This document shows, piece after piece, positions 62,009 through 64,000 of a stretch of 64,000 nucleotides of DNA. Location of the stretch: positions 10,246-74,245 of the forward strand of contig JAJDDN010000004.1 in NCBI GenBank assembly GCA_029260295.1, written 5' to 3'. The DNA comes from Phycisphaerales bacterium. Lineage in GTDB: Bacteria > Planctomycetota > Phycisphaerae > Phycisphaerales > UBA1924. Both the position numbers and the translations under genes were made by a program. The notes under the pieces are model-generated. The model did not search any database, was not told where the DNA came from, and saw only the letters and a program-made list of their open reading frames with translations. How positions within the stretch are numbered: position 1 is the stretch's first letter; the number at the start of each line of letters is the position of its first letter.

Positions 62009-64000
62009 TTATTCGGCTGAGGAACCTTCGGCGCGACGGCTGCGACGACGACGGCGTGGCTTGCTTTCGCCCTCGCCTTCATCACCTGAGTCACCCGAGT
62101 CGCCTCGTGACCCACGCTCTTCCTTGGCGGCCCTGGCCTTTTCTTCCCAGTCTGGGTCGGCTTGCTTGATTGAAAGTTTGATGCGGCCCTGGTCATCGAC
62201 CATGAGCACCTTGACCTTCACCATGTCGCCAACCTTGACGACATCAGCGACGGACTCAACATAACCGTTGGCGAGTTCGGAGATGTGGCACATGCCATCG
62301 GTCCCTGGAGCGATCTCGATGAACGCGCCAAAGTCCTTGGTCGAGACAACCTTGCCGTCGTAGATGGTGCCTGCTTTGACATCTTCGCAGAGTGCTGAGA
62401 TCTCGGCTTCTGCCTTCTCGACATTCATCGCGTTGGACGATGAAACGATTACGCTGCCATCATCTTCAACATCGATGTTGACGGAGTACTTGTCCTGCAG
62501 GGCGCGGATGGTTTTGCCACCGGGTCCGATGAGCTTGCCGATTTTCTCTGGATCGATCTTGAGCTGGAGCAGACGCGGAGCGAACTTCGAAGTCTCGTCG
62601 CGTGGTGCGGCGATGACTTTTTCCATCTGTTCAATAATGTCCATGTAACCGACGCGTGCTTGTGCGAAGATGACCTTGATCTGATCAAGGTTCAGGCCGC
62701 GAGCCTTGAGGTCGAGCTGGATGCCGGTGATGCCATCAACGGTGCCCGATACCTTAAAGTCCATGTCGCCGAAGAAGTCTTCTTCACCGATGATGTCGGT
62801 GACCATGACTTCGTTCTCGCCGTTCTCGTCGGTAAAGCGGCCGACGGTGATGCCTGCACAGGTGTTGGTGATTGGGACGCCTGCGTCCATAAGTGCCAAG
62901 CAGCCGCCGGTGACCGATGCCATCGACGAGGAGCCGTTGGATTCGGTGATGTCGGAGACGAGGCGGATGGTGTAGGCGAAGTCTTCTGGTGATGGGAGGA
63001 CACCGAGCAGTGAACGCTCGGCGAGTGCACCGTGACCGAGTTCACGACGACCAGGGCCCATGATGCGGCCGGCTTCACCAACCGAGAACGGTGGGAAGTT
63101 GTAGTGGAGGTAGAACTTCTTGGAGTACTCTGGGAGCAAACCATCGACGATTTGCTCGTCGCGGCCGGTTCCGAGGGTACAGGAAACGAGTGACTGGGTT
63201 TCGCCGCGTTGGAAGAACGCTGAGCCGTGGGTGCGTGGGAACTGGGCGACCTGCATGTCGAGCGGGCGGATCTCGGTAGGCCCACGGCCATCGGCACGGA
63301 TGCCCTTGACGATGAGCTTACGGGTGATCTTCTTTTCGAGCTTACGGAACGCTTCGGAGGCGTGGCGGTTGGCCGCTTTGGACGCTTCCCACTCGCCCGG
63401 AGTGCCCGAGTCGTTGATTGGGAACTCGGCCATCATTGCTTTTTTGATCTCGCCGACCTTGTCGCCGCGCTCGTGCTTTGGCTTGATCTGGCGGGCTTTG
63501 GTGAGGTCCTTCTCGGCGATCTTTGTGACCTTGGCCATGATGTCATCTGGGATGATGTTCATGTGGTCGCCCATGCGGACTTCCTTGCCACACTTCTCGA
63601 CGAGCTCGCCGATGAGTTCGAGGATCGGCTTGATGCCGTTCTCGTAGCCGAACTCGATGGCGGCGTGGATGTCTTCATCGGGAACTTCAGCAGCTCCGAC
63701 TTCGATCATGTTGATGCCGTCGGCGTGACCGGCGAGGACGATGTCCATGTCGGAGAAGTCGAGCTGGGAGACTGTTGGGTTGATGATAAACTGAGCGCCG
63801 TCATCGGTGAAGATGCGAGCAACGCGGACGGTTGCCAAAGGGCCTTCGAACGGGCAGTCGGAGATCGAGAGTGCGGCCGCGGCACCGGTGCCCGCAAGCA
63901 CATCGGCGTCGTTCTCGCCGTCGTGGCTCATGACCCAGCACTGCATCTGGACTTCTTCGATGAAGCCGTCGGGGAAGAGTGGGCGGATCGGACGGTCGAT
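62009..64000 (-). CDS. pnp: polyribonucleotide nucleotidyltransferase (PNPase), N-terminus outside the window
   Basis: The reading frame continues to the window edge (IDRPIRPLFPDGF...). RNase PH domains, KH (KIGKLIGPGGKTIR), S1 (G.V....FGAF.E), and a charged tail. Confidence 0.95.
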   Translation of the reverse strand: MDRPIRPLFPDGFIEEVQMQCWVMSHDGENDADVLAGTGAAAALSISDCPFEGPLATVRVARIFTDDGAQFIINPTVSQLDFSDMDIVLAGHADGINMIEVGAAEVPDEDIHAAIEFGYENGIKPILELIGELVEKCGKEVRMGDHMNIIPDDIMAKVTKIAEKDLTKARQIKPKHERGDKVGEIKKAMMAEFPINDSGTPGEWEASKAANRHASEAFRKLEKKITRKLIVKGIRADGRGPTEIRPLDMQVAQFPRTHGSAFFQRGETQSLVSCTLGTGRDEQIVDGLLPEYSKKFYLHYNFPPFSVGEAGRIMGPGRRELGHGALAERSLLGVLPSPEDFAYTIRLVSDITESNGSSSMASVTGGCLALMDAGVPITNTCAGITVGRFTDENGENEVMVTDIIGEEDFFGDMDFKVSGTVDGITGIQLDLKARGLNLDQIKVIFAQARVGYMDIIEQMEKVIAAPRDETSKFAPRLLQLKIDPEKIGKLIGPGGKTIRALQDKYSVNIDVEDDGSVIVSSSNAMNVEKAEAEISALCEDVKAGTIYDGKVVSTKDFGAFIEIAPGTDGMCHISELANGYVESVADVVKVGDMVKVKVLMVDDQGRIKLSIKQADPDWEEKARAAKEERGSRGDSGDSGDEGEGESKPRRRRRSRRAEGSSAE

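Overview
A gene-dense chromosomal segment of about 50 genes from a fairly high-GC bacterium. I infer a Planctomycetota, Phycisphaerae-like organism from three traits: several PEP-CTERM proteins, a recurring C-terminal dockerin-like anchor ending in GCP, and planctomycete-style Ser/Thr kinase architecture. Housekeeping genes include nrdR, a UvrD/PcrA helicase, phosphomannomutase, a tightly coupled mrdA-rodA-rsmG-dinG block, aspS, beta-carbonic anhydrase, pyrC, gap, queG, a cold-shock protein, pnp (5' end outside the window) and one tRNA-Pro(GGG). Accessory content includes arsR-arsM, a PadR module, a PilZ protein, four PEP-CTERM proteins (one split by an in-frame TAG), five secreted proteins sharing the dockerin-like tail, an orphan Eco57I-like N6-adenine methyltransferase, and a P-loop NTPase with transmembrane helices inserted in it, paired with a zinc-ribbon membrane protein. 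No rRNA, CRISPR array or intact transposase/integrase was seen. The strongest non-genic signals are: (1) a roughly 65-100 bp palindromic G/C-rich element in four copies, three inserted in-frame inside conserved genes (dinG, rsmG, the methyltransferase) and one intergenic, resembling Rickettsia palindromic elements; (2) an abrupt origin-type switch of strand composition and codon third-position bias at about 29.45 kb, inside a 15-bp intergenic gap; (3) tRNA-Pro followed by two degenerate copies of its 3' end that delimit two one-gene islets in a compositionally atypical region; (4) a near-identical hairpin/terminator repeat flanking a two-gene segment; (5) a four-segment SD/anti-SD-like alternative-pairing structure at 17.1 kb. 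All functional calls come from reading motifs in the supplied translations. No database search was run.
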